Below, one piece after another: positions 11,372 through 22,289 of a stretch of 64,000 nt of DNA. Where the stretch lies: the NCBI GenBank assembly GCA_963698455.1, contig CAVOQU010000012.1, forward strand, positions 83,395 through 147,394. The letters are read 5' to 3'. Within the stretch, counting starts at the first letter, position 1. Each line of letters starts with the position of its first letter. The notes below the pieces were generated by a model that was not told the origin of the DNA, did no database searches, and saw only the letters and a list, made by a program, of their open reading frames with translations. Source of the stretch: an uncultured Flavobacteriaceae bacterium. GTDB taxonomy: Bacteria; Bacteroidota; Bacteroidia; Flavobacteriales; Flavobacteriaceae. The position numbers and the translations under genes were made by a program.

Positions 11372-11857
11372 TTAGCTATTTTTACGTAGCTCTGCCATTT
11401 TAATAGCAGCAACAGCAGCTTCCGTTCCTTTGTTTCCATGTTTCCCACCAGAACGATCGATAGCTTGTTGCATTGTATTATCTGTAAGTACACAGAAAAT
11501 AACAGGGGTCTCATACAACACGTTTAAATCTTTAATGCCTTGTGCTACACCTTCGCAAACAAAATCGAAATGTTTAGTTTCTCCTTGAATAACACTTCCT
11601 ATCGCAATAACAGCATTTACTAGTTGATGTTGCATTTTTTTGCTTCCATAAATAAGCTCGAAACTGCCAGGGACATTCCAGCGAATAATATTATTTGGCA
11701 ATGCACCATGTTCAATCAAAGTATCGTAAGCACCTTGAAATAAGCCTTCGGTTATAGAATCGTTCCACTCTGAAACAACAATCCCAAACCGAAACTTGCT
11801 CGCATTTGGGATTGTTGCCTTATCGTACTGAGATAAATTTTTATTTGCCGTAGCCAT
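11372..11857 (-). CDS. ribH: 6,7-dimethyl-8-ribityllumazine synthase
   Basis: IVVSEWN, VPGSFEL, IQGETKHF, GNKGTEAAVAA. Confidence 0.97.
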   Translation of the reverse strand: MATANKNLSQYDKATIPNASKFRFGIVVSEWNDSITEGLFQGAYDTLIEHGALPNNIIRWNVPGSFELIYGSKKMQHQLVNAVIAIGSVIQGETKHFDFVCEGVAQGIKDLNVLYETPVIFCVLTDNTMQQAIDRSGGKHGNKGTEAAVAAIKMAELRKNS

Positions 11858-11858
11858 A

Positions 11859-12629
11859 TTATTTATTTACCAAAACCTGAGCTTTACCAATAAAAACTTC
11901 AATGGTAGATGCTTCAGATGAATTTGGAAATTCGTCCTTTATTTTATTAAAATATTTAAGCGCCTTATCTGGCTTATCTAAATCTAAAGCAATAACACCC
12001 GCTTTATATAAATACATAGGTGCTGTATATTCGTTATTACGCATTTCAGCAGCTTGCTCGTAATAATCTAACGCGTCTTCCTTTTGATTTAATTGCGCAA
12101 ATGCATCGCCAATATTTCCTTTCGCTAAAGGAGCCAAAATTTCGTCGTCGCTTTTAAAATTACCTAAATGCTCAATCGCGTTTTTATAATCTTTCAATCT
12201 CAAATAAGCAGTACCGGCATAATAATTTGCCAAATTAGCAGATGGTGTTCCGCTATATTCTTTAATAATATCTAACATTCCAAACTTACCTTCACCACCA
12301 TTTAATGCTAAAGTATATAGTGAATCTTTTGCAGTGCCATTAACAGCTTCGTTAAAATATTTTTGAGCCTGACTCATATCGTTCATTGCAGTAACTTGCT
12401 TAGGTTTTGCTATAAATTCGTTATAACCTAAATATCCTAATACCACTGCGGCTACAACTGCTATAATAACAAAAATATATTTTTGATTTTTTTCTACAAA
12501 TGCTTCCGTCTTTGAGGCGGTTTCATCTAATGTATTAAAAACTTCGGCTGTCGTTGATCCTGCTGCAATATCTTGTTCCTTTTCTGCCTTAGATTTTCCT
12601 TTATTTCCTTTTTTTGTATAAGTTGCCAT
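11859..12629 (-). CDS. Membrane-anchored tetratricopeptide repeat protein
   Basis: Single TM helix followed by TPR-like helices (ANYYAGTAY, ALDYYEQA, ALKYF). Confidence 0.85.
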   Translation of the reverse strand: MATYTKKGNKGKSKAEKEQDIAAGSTTAEVFNTLDETASKTEAFVEKNQKYIFVIIAVVAAVVLGYLGYNEFIAKPKQVTAMNDMSQAQKYFNEAVNGTAKDSLYTLALNGGEGKFGMLDIIKEYSGTPSANLANYYAGTAYLRLKDYKNAIEHLGNFKSDDEILAPLAKGNIGDAFAQLNQKEDALDYYEQAAEMRNNEYTAPMYLYKAGVIALDLDKPDKALKYFNKIKDEFPNSSEASTIEVFIGKAQVLVNK

Positions 12630-12769
12630 GTATTTTATGTAAAATTAATGCGCCGCAAAAATATAATTTTTCTTCATAACTAAAAGGTTATTTATTTGAT
12701 ATTTTTCAATAATTTGCACATCCTTTTAAACAGTTGTATCTTCTTTACACTATATAAGTTACTTTTTGC

Positions 12770-13852
12770 ATGATTTTAAAATCACTTTCATTACTAAATT
12801 ATAAAAATTTCGATAGTAAATCGTTCATATTCAATGACAAAATTAATTGTATTGTAGGCAATAACGGTATCGGAAAAACAAATGTTTTAGACGCTATTTA
12901 CCATTTATCATTTGGAAAAAGTTACTTTAATCCAGTAGCGACTCAAAATATAAAGCATGATGAAGATTTTTTTGTGATTCAAGGCGATTATGAAAAGGAC
13001 GATAAACCCGAAAAAGTAATTGTAAGTTTAAAACGTGGACAAACCAAAATAATTAAGCGCAATGGTAAAGCTTATGAAAAATTTAGTGAACATATTGGCT
13101 TTCTTCCTTTAGTCATCATTTCACCGGCAGACAGAGATTTAATTATAGAAGGTAGCGAAACAAGAAGAAAATTTATAGACAGTGTTATTTCGCAAAGTGA
13201 TAAAAGTTACCTTAATCATTTAATTAAGTACAATAAAATACTATCGCAACGAAATGCTTTATTAAAATATTTTGCATTAAATCATACTTTTAACAAAGAT
13301 ACTTTAGATGTTTACAACCTTCAGTTAAATGATTATGGAACCGAAATTTTCAAAAAACGAGAACACTTTCTAAAAGCATTTATTCCTATTTTCAAGAAAC
13401 GTTACGAAGCAATAAGCAATGGAAACGAGTTAGTGGAATTAAATTATCACAGTGATTTGTTTGAGGATAACTTAAATTCGCTGCTTCAGAAAAATATTAA
13501 CAAAGACAAAACCTTACAGTATACTAGTGTTGGCATACATAAAGACGATTTGCATTTTAATATTGAAAGTCATCCAATTAAGAAATTTGGAAGTCAAGGA
13601 CAACAAAAATCATTTTTAATTGCTTTAAAATTAGCACAGTTTGATTTTATTAAAGCGCAAAGTAATGTAAACCCAATTTTATTACTTGACGATATATTTG
13701 ATAAATTAGATGAAAATAGAGTGACACAAATTATTAAATTAGTTGACGATGAAAATTTTGGACAAATTTTTATTACAGATACGCACGCAGATCGTACTGA
13801 AAATGCAGTAAAACAAGTGCATCAGTCTTTTGAAATTTTTAAGTTAGATTAA
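12770..13852 (+). CDS. recF: DNA replication/repair protein RecF
   Basis: GNNGIGKTN Walker [20 protein letters not shown]. Confidence 0.96.
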   Translation: MILKSLSLLNYKNFDSKSFIFNDKINCIVGNNGIGKTNVLDAIYHLSFGKSYFNPVATQNIKHDEDFFVIQGDYEKDDKPEKVIVSLKRGQTKIIKRNGKAYEKFSEHIGFLPLVIISPADRDLIIEGSETRRKFIDSVISQSDKSYLNHLIKYNKILSQRNALLKYFALNHTFNKDTLDVYNLQLNDYGTEIFKKREHFLKAFIPIFKKRYEAISNGNELVELNYHSDLFEDNLNSLLQKNINKDKTLQYTSVGIHKDDLHFNIESHPIKKFGSQGQQKSFLIALKLAQFDFIKAQSNVNPILLLDDIFDKLDENRVTQIIKLVDDENFGQIFITDTHADRTENAVKQVHQSFEIFKLD

Positions 13853-13856
13853 TAAC

Positions 13857-14153
13857 ATGGCAAAACGTAATAACGAACATATTAGCATTTCAGACGCTTT
13901 AAAAGAATTTGTTGAAAGCAATAAACTTGAAAAAGGCTTAAACAAAGTGAATGTAGCAGATGCCTGGGCAAACCTTATGGGAAATGGTGTAAATAACTAC
14001 ACAACATCGGTGAATTTAGAGCGTGACACACTTTACATTCAACTAAGTTCTAGTGTTTTGAGAGAAGAATTAAGTTACGGAAAAGAAAAAATAATTAATA
14101 TGCTTAACGAGGAATTGGGTAAAATAATTATTAAAAAACTGGTACTTAGATAA
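13857..14153 (+). CDS. DUF721/DciA family protein
   Basis: SSSVLREELSYGKEKII motif; typical position after recF. Confidence 0.8.
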   Translation: MAKRNNEHISISDALKEFVESNKLEKGLNKVNVADAWANLMGNGVNNYTTSVNLERDTLYIQLSSSVLREELSYGKEKIINMLNEELGKIIIKKLVLR

Positions 14154-14250
14154 TTGAAAGATTTAAGTAGAAATAAAAAAATCGATTAAAAATTTCAAGT
14201 TATTATTATTTTTACTAAATTTGTGCCTTAATTTTTTATAAATAAATACA

Positions 14251-14442
14251 ATGAGTAAAGGTACCGTAAAATTCTTCAATGATTCTAAAGGTTTTGGATT
14301 CATCACTGAAGATGACAACAACAAAGAACATTTCGTACACATTTCAGGACTTATCGACGAAATTCGTGAAGGTGATGCAGTTGAATTCGATCTACAAGAA
14401 GGTAGAAAAGGGTTAAACGCCGTAAACGTAAAAGTAATCTAA
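14251..14442 (+). CDS. csp: Cold-shock protein, copy 1
   Basis: RNP1 KGFGFI and RNP2 FVHIS; 63 aa. Confidence 0.97.
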   Translation: MSKGTVKFFNDSKGFGFITEDDNNKEHFVHISGLIDEIREGDAVEFDLQEGRKGLNAVNVKVI

Positions 14443-14467
14443 TACATATACTTTAACAATTACAATT

Positions 14468-14500
14468 AAAAGTCTATCAATCAAATTGATAGACTTTTTT
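14468..14500 (+). terminator. Intrinsic terminator after csp copy 1
   Basis: AAAAGTCTATCAAT-caa-ATTGATAGACTTTTTT. Confidence 0.8.
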
Positions 14501-14597
14501 GTTGGGTTTTACTTTAGTATAAAATTAGTTGCGAAATAAATGTTTTATCAGGATAATTAGTATTACTTTTGCAACATTAATAATTAATATTTATAAC

Positions 14598-14789
14598 ATG
14601 AGTAAAGGTACCGTAAAATTCTTCAATGATTCTAAAGGTTTTGGATTCATCACTGAAGATGACAACAACAAAGAACATTTCGTACACATTTCAGGACTTA
14701 TCGATGAAATTCGTGAAGGTGATGCCGTAGAATTCGATCTACAAGAAGGTAAAAAAGGTTTAAACGCCGTAAACGTAAAAGTAATCTAA
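14598..14789 (+). CDS. csp: Cold-shock protein, copy 2
   Basis: Differs from copy 1 by one residue (EGRKG vs EGKKG); true start is the ATG at 14598. Confidence 0.97.
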   Translation: MSKGTVKFFNDSKGFGFITEDDNNKEHFVHISGLIDEIREGDAVEFDLQEGKKGLNAVNVKVI

Positions 14790-14928
14790 TACATATACTT
14801 TAACAATTACTACTAAAAGGCTATCAATTTGTTTTGATAGCCTTTTCTGTTTTTATAAACTTTAAAAAAATATTTTATTTAAATATTTTTTTGCATTACT
14901 TTTATACTACTAATTTAATATTATAAGT

Positions 14929-15120
14929 ATGAGTAGAGGTACCGTAAAATTCTTCAATGATGCCAAAGGGTTTGGGTTCATAGTTGAAGATGGATCAAAA
15001 AAAGAACATTTTGTTCACATTTCAGGATTAGTTGACGAAATTCGTGAAGGCGATGCCGTTGAATTCGATCTACAAGAAGGCAAAAAGGGTTTAAACGCCG
15101 TAAACGTAAAAGTTATTTGA
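14929..15120 (+). CDS. csp: Cold-shock protein, copy 3
   Basis: KGFGFI and FVHIS motifs. Confidence 0.97.
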   Translation: MSRGTVKFFNDAKGFGFIVEDGSKKEHFVHISGLVDEIREGDAVEFDLQEGKKGLNAVNVKVI

Positions 15121-15225
15121 TACGTTAACAATTACAAAAAAAAGTCTACCAATTATTTGATAGGCTTTTTTTTTGTGGCATCACTTTTGCATTCTACTAT
15201 TTATAATAATTTAATATTTTAAACA

Positions 15226-15417
15226 ATGAGTAAAGGAACAGTAAAATTCTTCAACGATTCAAAAGGTTTTGGATTCATAACTGAAGAAGGTTCAAACAGT
15301 GAATATTTTGTTCACATTTCTGGATTAATTGACGAAATTCGCGAAGGCGACATCGTTGAATTCAATCTACAAGAAGGTAAAAAAGGGTTAAACGCAGTAA
15401 ATGTAAAAGTGATTTAA
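15226..15417 (+). CDS. csp: Cold-shock protein, copy 4
   Basis: KGFGFI and FVHIS motifs. Confidence 0.97.
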   Translation: MSKGTVKFFNDSKGFGFITEEGSNSEYFVHISGLIDEIREGDIVEFNLQEGKKGLNAVNVKVI

Positions 15418-15444
15418 TATATACTAGAGTACTTTTTTAAAACA

Positions 15445-15479
15445 AAAATCCCGCAATTACATTGCGGGATTTTATTTTT
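15445..15479. terminator. Terminator between convergent csp4 and ndk
   Basis: AAAATCCCGCAAT-tac-ATTGCGGGATTTT. Confidence 0.8.
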
Positions 15480-15498
15480 ATCGATGTTTTAAAAATGT

Positions 15499-15918
15499 TT
15501 AAAACATCTCTCTGCCAGAAAAATGAAAAGCAGCTTCAATAGCCGCATTCTCATCGCTATCACTACCATGCACCGCATTTTCGCTTATAGATACTGCAAA
15601 TAATTTTCTAATTGTACCTTCTGCTGCATCAGTAGGATTTGTTGCTCCAATTAATGTTCTAAAATCATCAACAGCATTTTCTTTTTCTAAAATGGCTGCT
15701 ACAATTGGTCCACGCGTCATATATTCAACCAAATCATTAAAAAACGGTCGTTCGTTATGTATTGCATAAAATGTTTCTGCATCCCCATTCGTCATTTGGG
15801 TTAATTTCATCGCTACAATTCTAAATCCTGAAGCTGAAATTTTCTCTAATATTGCTCCTATGTGCCCTTTTTCAACCGCATCCGGTTTTAGCATTGTAAA
15901 TGTTCTGTTTGTTACCAT
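15499..15918 (-). CDS. ndk: Nucleoside diphosphate kinase
   Basis: [25 protein letters not shown]. Confidence 0.97.
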   Translation of the reverse strand: MVTNRTFTMLKPDAVEKGHIGAILEKISASGFRIVAMKLTQMTNGDAETFYAIHNERPFFNDLVEYMTRGPIVAAILEKENAVDDFRTLIGATNPTDAAEGTIRKLFAVSISENAVHGSDSDENAAIEAAFHFSGREMF

Positions 15919-16096
15919 TATAATAGTTTAAAATTTTTCAGATAATAATAATTTGATAAATAAGTCTTCATGAAATCACAAAATACATTTCTGAATGCAA
16001 TTTTACAAATTTCTTAAGATTTTGTGAGCAAAAGTACGGCATTTATCATAAAAAACAAGCCTATCGAATTTTAAAAAAATTGTATATTCGTCGTCT

Positions 16097-17116
16097 ATGA
16101 ATAAGCAAGATATTTTAAAACTAAAACAATTATTATCAACCAAAAAAAAGATAGTTATTGTTCCTCATAAAAATCCAGATGGCGATGCTATTGGCTCTAC
16201 ACTAGGACTCTATCATTATCTTATAAAGGGAAATCATCAGGTAAATGTTATATCTCCAAATGATTATCCAAACTTTCTAAAATGGATTCCAGGAGAAAAC
16301 ACCATACTTAAACACGATTCTCAAACCAAAATTTGTGACACTTTAATTAATGATGCAGATATTATTTTTACTTTAGATTTTAATGCATTTCATAGAACGG
16401 GTAACATGGAAAACGCATTGTCAGAAAGTAATGCGATTAAAATAATGATCGACCACCACCAGGCACCAGATGATTATGCTACTTTTATTTTTAGCGATGT
16501 ATCCATGAGTTCTACCTGCGAAATGGTTTATCATTTTATTGATAAATTGGGCGATTCTAATTTAATGGATGCTACGATAGCAACGTGTTTATATGTTGGC
16601 ATTATGACCGACACAGGGTCTTTCAAATTTCCATCAACCACTAGTAAAACACATAAAGTTATAGCACATCTTATTGAAAAGGGTGCAAAAAACACCGAAA
16701 TACATAATAACATTTTCGACACCAATAGCTATAAAAGTCTCCAATTATTGGGTTGTGCATTAACCAATTTAAAAGTAATTCCAGAACTAAGAACTGCCTA
16801 TATAACGCTTTCACAAGAAGAATTAAATAAGTACGATTACAAAAAAGGCGATACAGAAGGCATTGTAAATTACGGCTTGTCGCTAGAAAATACCATACTC
16901 GCCGCCATTTTTATTGAAGACAAACAAGAAGGTATTATTAAAATTTCGTTGCGCTCGAAAGGAGACTTCTCTGTAAACGATATGGCAAGAGCACATTTTG
17001 ATGGTGGTGGACATATAAACGCCGCTGGAGGCAAATGCTATTTATCTTTAAAGGATACAGTTGAAAAATTTATTAGTATATTGCCTAGTTATTATAAAGC
17101 CCTGAATAATGAATAA
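16097..17116 (+). CDS. DHH/DHHA1 phosphoesterase (NrnA-like)
   Basis: HKNPDGDAIGS, IDHH, TDTGSF, GGGHINAAG. Confidence 0.92.
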   Translation: MNKQDILKLKQLLSTKKKIVIVPHKNPDGDAIGSTLGLYHYLIKGNHQVNVISPNDYPNFLKWIPGENTILKHDSQTKICDTLINDADIIFTLDFNAFHRTGNMENALSESNAIKIMIDHHQAPDDYATFIFSDVSMSSTCEMVYHFIDKLGDSNLMDATIATCLYVGIMTDTGSFKFPSTTSKTHKVIAHLIEKGAKNTEIHNNIFDTNSYKSLQLLGCALTNLKVIPELRTAYITLSQEELNKYDYKKGDTEGIVNYGLSLENTILAAIFIEDKQEGIIKISLRSKGDFSVNDMARAHFDGGGHINAAGGKCYLSLKDTVEKFISILPSYYKALNNE

Positions 17117-17649
17117 AATAATTTTTTTAACCTTAATTTTTGTAGCTATTGGTTGTAAATCGCCAGAAGCCAGACGTCCTATTTCTGTAAAAACGGGTTC
17201 TTTTATTGATGCCTCAGTTGAACGAAATAAAAAATTAAATACCGAAGAACAATTGCGTATCGAAAAAATAATGCAACAGCAAAAGGATAAGAACTTTATT
17301 GCTTCTGCAAACGGATTTTGGTACCATTATATAACTAAAATTGAGGCAGATAGTTTAATAACACCACAATTTGGTGATTTGATTAATTACAATTACAATG
17401 TTAAAAATTTAAATGGCAGCGTTATTTATTCTACCGAAACAATAGATACACTTAACTTACGTCATGGATAAGCAAGAATTATTTACTGGTTTGCGTGAAG
17501 GACTTAAATTAATGAAAACGGGTGAAACAATTACCTTTATTTTTCCTTCAGGAAAAGCCTATGGTTATTATGGAGACGGCGATAAAATTGGCAGTAACAT
17601 CCCTTTAATTTGTGATGTTACGGTAAATTCGATTACCCCAAAAAACTAA
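17109..17649 (+). CDS. gldI: Gliding-associated FKBP-type PPIase GldI (frameshifted near 17460)
   Basis: Lipoprotein signal, PEARRP, FKBP region LREGLKLMK...FPSGKAYGYYGD; typical position after the DHH gene. Confidence 0.82.
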
Positions 17650-17659
17650 CCAAATTAAT

Positions 17660-18786
17660 ATGTCCTATATTAAAATACCTTTGAGATTTTTATTAATTAT
17701 TTTAATAACACTATCCTCTTGTAAATCACAATATCCTGATTTGGAAGATGGTATATATGCCGAATTTATAACCACAAAAGGTATTATGGTTGCTAAATTA
17801 GCTTATGACAAAACACCTGTAACGGTTGCTAATTTTGTTTCACTTGCCGAGGGAACAAACACAATGGTGGATAGTTTATACCAAGGAAAAAAATTCTACA
17901 ATGGACCTTATTTTTCATAGAGTAATGGATAAATTCATGATTCAAGGTGGTGACCCAACTGGTACTGGAAATGGAAACCCTGGATACATATTTATGGACG
18001 AGTTCATACCAGATTTAAAACATGATAAACCTGGTATTTTATCTATGGCAAATTCGGGCCCAAATACCAACGGTAGTCAGTTTTTTATCACCGAGGTTCC
18101 TAAACCACATTTAGACAATGTGCATTCAGTATTTGGAGAACTTGTTTTAGGCGTGGATGTTCAAGACAGTATCTCTAATGTTAAAACTGATACTAATAAA
18201 AGACCAATTGAAGATGTTGTAATTAATGAATTGAATATTATCAGGAAAGGTAATAAAGCAAAATCTTTCGATGCCCCGAAAGTTTTTTATAATCATTTTA
18301 TTGAAGCCGAGCGTGTAGCAAAAAAAAATGCTGATAAGGTAGCTGCACTTTTAAAAGCAACTTTAGGAAAATTTAAAAAGCAACAAGAACAAGCTATTAC
18401 ATTAGATTCTGGTTTGCAATATATTATTACAGAAAAAGGTGCCGGTAAAAAATTAAAAACCACTTCAAAAGTATTGACCCATTATTCTGTTTATTTTGAG
18501 AATGGCAAATCTATTAGAAACTAGTAAACTTGAAACAGCAGAAGCCCACAATATGGTTGATGAGGACAGAAAAACAGCTAACCAATATCAGCCCATTAAA
18601 GCAGATATAAGTCCGAACGCAAGAATGATTCCTGGGTTTAAAGAAGGTCTGCTCCAATTAAGTGTTGGCGATAAAGCCACTTTATTCATTCCGTTTCATT
18701 TAGGATATGGTGCTGCTGGGAGTAGAGATATTCCACCTAAAACTAATTTAATTTTTGAAGTTGAAATTGTAGAACTTCTTAACTAA
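17660..18786 (+). CDS. Peptidyl-prolyl isomerase, cyclophilin plus FKBP domains (two frameshifts)
   Basis: [54 protein letters not shown]...IPFHLGYG. Confidence 0.88.
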
Positions 18787-18840
18787 TTTTAATTATAAAA
18801 ATTTAACAATCCTGTATCTTTACACAGAAAATTAAAACTT

Positions 18841-19770
18841 ATGCATCTTTTAAAATTTGATTGGAATCCTATTACAGGTATCGATATTATTGGAAACTTC
18901 AAGCTTCATTTTTATAGCCTAATGTGGGTGATTGCCTTTGTTATAGGCTGGTATATAATGAAACGTATTTTTACTAAAGAAAAAATATCATTAGAGTATT
19001 TAGACCCATTATTTATTTACACGGTGCTTGCCACAATGATTGGGGCACGATTAGGTCATGTTTTATTTTATCAATCAGAGTTAATTTCTGAAGATTTTTT
19101 CAGCATATTTCTCCCATTTAGATTTAAAGGTGGTTTTGAATTTACTGGTTTTCAAGGATTGGCTAGTCATGGTGCAGCCATAGGTATTATTATTGGCATG
19201 TATTTATACCGAAAGAAATATAATTATAAATCACTGCTTTGGATATTAGACCGTGTCGTTATATCGGTCGCTTCAGGCGCTATATTTATTCGTATAGGTA
19301 ATTTTATAAATTCAGAAATTATTGGAAAAGTAACCGATTCTTCATTTGGTGTTCGTTTTATTCAGGATGAATATTATAAGAATCAAATTATGCAACTTAC
19401 AGGTATCAACGATGTTAAACAAGCATATGCAGCCGTAACTGATAATCCACAATTTGCTGAATTATTAAACGCAGTTCCTTACAGACATCCAGCTCAATTA
19501 TATGAGTCTTTTAGTTATATTTTTGTGTTTTTAATTTTATGGTACTTTTATTCTAAAACGTCAAAAAAAGATCAGAGTGGATTCTTATTTGGTTTATTTT
19601 TAGTTTTACTTTGGACAGTTCGGTTTTTTGTAGAATTTGTTAAAGAACCTCAAGGCGAAGAATATATTAACTGGTTTAGTTTAAATACCGGACAATGGTT
19701 AAGTATACCTTTTATTATTATTGGGCTTTATTTTATGTTTATTTATAAACCTAAAACTGCGGTTAAATAA
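18841..19770 (+). CDS. lgt: Prolipoprotein diacylglyceryl transferase
   Basis: GARLGHV, GLASHG, RIGNFINSEIIG, HPAQLYE, RFFVEF. Confidence 0.96.
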   Translation: MHLLKFDWNPITGIDIIGNFKLHFYSLMWVIAFVIGWYIMKRIFTKEKISLEYLDPLFIYTVLATMIGARLGHVLFYQSELISEDFFSIFLPFRFKGGFEFTGFQGLASHGAAIGIIIGMYLYRKKYNYKSLLWILDRVVISVASGAIFIRIGNFINSEIIGKVTDSSFGVRFIQDEYYKNQIMQLTGINDVKQAYAAVTDNPQFAELLNAVPYRHPAQLYESFSYIFVFLILWYFYSKTSKKDQSGFLFGLFLVLLWTVRFFVEFVKEPQGEEYINWFSLNTGQWLSIPFIIIGLYFMFIYKPKTAVK

Positions 19771-19771
19771 A

Positions 19772-20263
19772 ATGAATTTTAAAAGATTTTATACTTTTCT
19801 GTTTCTAGGAGGCTGCTTTCTAGTTTTAAATCTGGTTTCCTGTAAAGAAGATAAAAAAGTTATAAAACAAACTGAAATTACATTTAAAAAAGAAGGAGAA
19901 CTTACTATATTTAAAATATCTGATTCTACCAAAATTAAGTTAGATATTGAAATAGCCGATACTGATTTTGATATACAAACGGGATTAATGTACCGAGAAT
20001 CCATGGAAAAACATCAAGCGATGTTATTTGTTTTTAACGATGAAAGTGAGCGCTATTTTTATATGAAAAATACCAAAATTCCTTTAGATATTATTTATTT
20101 AGATGCGAATAAAACCATTGTAAGTTTTCAAAAGAACACGAAACCTATGGATGAATCCTCTTTACCTTCAAATGCACCAGCTAAATACGTACTTGAAGTC
20201 AATGCAGGTTTGGTTGATATTTGGTCACTTGCTATAGGCGATAGTATTAACTATAGTAATTAA
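19772..20263 (+). CDS. DUF192 family lipoprotein
   Basis: GLMYR, MKNTKIPLDIIYLD, YVLEVNAG. Confidence 0.88.
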   Translation: MNFKRFYTFLFLGGCFLVLNLVSCKEDKKVIKQTEITFKKEGELTIFKISDSTKIKLDIEIADTDFDIQTGLMYRESMEKHQAMLFVFNDESERYFYMKNTKIPLDIIYLDANKTIVSFQKNTKPMDESSLPSNAPAKYVLEVNAGLVDIWSLAIGDSINYSN

Positions 20264-20384
20264 AAACATTGACTATAATTTAAAAATTATAAAATAGCAA
20301 AATGATATTTTTCAAATATCGTGCAATAATATAAAAGCCCATGAAAATAAAATTTACATGGGCTTTTCTATTTTAAATCGTTAG

Positions 20385-20919
20385 TTAATTTATTCTGTTT
20401 CTTCCATGGTATCTAGGAGTATGTAAATACATCATTAAACCAGTAAAATCACCATAAACTTGCTGATAGACAATTTTGCCATTAGCATCAAAATCAAAAG
20501 ATTCATATAACTTAATAACTCCTGTTTTGGAAGGCGTTGAATCTGTCGCGGTTAAGGTCACTTCCCAATCACAATAATGTCTTACGGATCCATCTACCTT
20601 TTTAGTTTCTGGATTTACACCAGGCAATAAAACAGGTGGATTCATTAATTTGAAATCATAGTCTTTCCACATCATTTTGTCGTTGTTCCATCATTTCCTG
20701 AAGACTTATAGAATCATTAGCAACACCAAAACCTGTGTCGCGCATAATAAAATTCTCTGCATATTGAGAATAATCTAAATTTTCATTTTGCCAACCCTCT
20801 AAATTGGCTAATACGGTCTGGGAGTTTTTATCAAATGCTTCCTGAGCAGAATTATCGGGTTTTGGTTGGCACGAAACCAATACCAATAATAAACAAAAAA
20901 TTGAAATTAGTGTTTTCAT
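20385..20919 (-). CDS. NTF2/SnoaL-like lipoprotein (frameshifted near 20660)
   Basis: Lipobox LVSC; two fragments join into one ORF with LYESFDFDANGKI. Confidence 0.6.
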
Positions 20920-21033
20920 ATGATAGTTTTTAGTTAGTGATAAGACATAAAATTACATAAAAAAACCTGTAAATCATTGATTTACAGGTTTTAATTAATT
21001 ATATCTTAAAAATTCAGTTTTCCTGAATTTTGA

Positions 21034-21303
21034 TTAACCTACTTTTTGTCTTTCTTTCATTTTTCCGAGCAACATCAATTCTTTTTGAATTTCTTCTTTT
21101 CTTTCATTAAATGCTCTAACTTTTTCATCAATAATTTCTTGTTTTTTCAAACTTTCTTGTTTTCTAAGCTCAAACTTATGCACATTTCGTTTCTTTTCTC
21201 TTATCGCTTTAATTTTTTCTAAGGCAACAGAAAAATACGCATAGCCATACATACTTATAAATAACAATGCTACAATTCCTAATATTACGTAACCGTTCTC
21301 CAT
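21034..21303 (-). CDS. Hypothetical single-TM coiled-coil protein
   Basis: N-terminal hydrophobic helix and K/E-rich tail; terminator-like hairpin at about 20965-20995. Confidence 0.55.
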   Translation of the reverse strand: MENGYVILGIVALLFISMYGYAYFSVALEKIKAIREKKRNVHKFELRKQESLKKQEIIDEKVRAFNERKEEIQKELMLLGKMKERQKVG

Positions 21304-21462
21304 GAGGGATGAATTTTATGGATTAATTACAATAAATATAAATAAATAAGATTTCTTTAAAAAATAAAAAAGGTAAAGTGCCCAAAAAAAAGATGAAAAC
21401 GCAAAAAATCGATGAAATGCATGCCATGAACTTATTCTAATAGTCAAATAAAAGAATTTTCA

Positions 21463-21867
21463 TTAATCGAATACAACTGGCAATCCTTCAGATTTCCAAC
21501 CCACTATTCCAACTTCTAAATCGTGAACTTCTATGAAACCGGCATTCAAAAAATCCTTAACACTTTTACCACTTCTATTTCCAGAACGGCAATAAATATA
21601 CACCGGTTTTTCTTTATCTAATTCACTTATTTCTTTTGTAAAAGAAGATGATAAAAAATCTATGTTTTTAGCATTTTTTAAATGTCCTTCCTGAAATTCA
21701 GCTGGAGTTCGAATATCAATTATTTGAACCGATCCAGAATCGATAGCTTTTTGCATTTCTTTTGGAGAAATAACTTTCACCTGATCTTGAGCAACCGTTT
21801 CTCTACAACTAAAAAGCGTTGTACAAATTATAAGGCAAATCAATAAGTTTTTGTATATAATTTTCAT
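21463..21867 (-). CDS. Rhodanese-like lipoprotein
   Basis: IDIRTPAEF, YCRSGNRS. Confidence 0.9.
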   Translation of the reverse strand: MKIIYKNLLICLIICTTLFSCRETVAQDQVKVISPKEMQKAIDSGSVQIIDIRTPAEFQEGHLKNAKNIDFLSSSFTKEISELDKEKPVYIYCRSGNRSGKSVKDFLNAGFIEVHDLEVGIVGWKSEGLPVVFD

Positions 21868-21868
21868 A

Positions 21869-22177
21869 TTATTCTAAATCACCTTCCCATCTTAAAATAC
21901 CGCCTTCAAGATTATAAGCATTCTCAAAACCCAATTGCAACATTATGGCACATGCTTTTCCGCTTCTATTACCAGAACGACAATATACATAGTAATTTTT
22001 AGACTTATCTAAAGCTTCAATTTCGTCTACAAATAATTGCCCTTTATAAATATCAATATGAATGGCGTTTGGTATAATACCGGCTGCAACTTCGGCATCG
22101 GTTCTAACATCTAATATCACTGCATTGGCATCTTCTGCTAATTGAGACGCCCATTCTTCTTGTGATAAATCTTCCAT
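21869..22177 (-). CDS. Rhodanese-like domain protein
   Basis: LDVRT, YCRSGNRS, YNLEGGI. Confidence 0.92.
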   Translation of the reverse strand: MEDLSQEEWASQLAEDANAVILDVRTDAEVAAGIIPNAIHIDIYKGQLFVDEIEALDKSKNYYVYCRSGNRSGKACAIMLQLGFENAYNLEGGILRWEGDLE

Positions 22178-22289
22178 TTTTTTAAATTATAGTTTTATAC
22201 AACGCGAAATTAATACATCTAAAATTGATAGACGAAAAAAAATCTAAAGTTTTACACTTTAGATTTTTATAATATTTTCCGAGTAAAAA

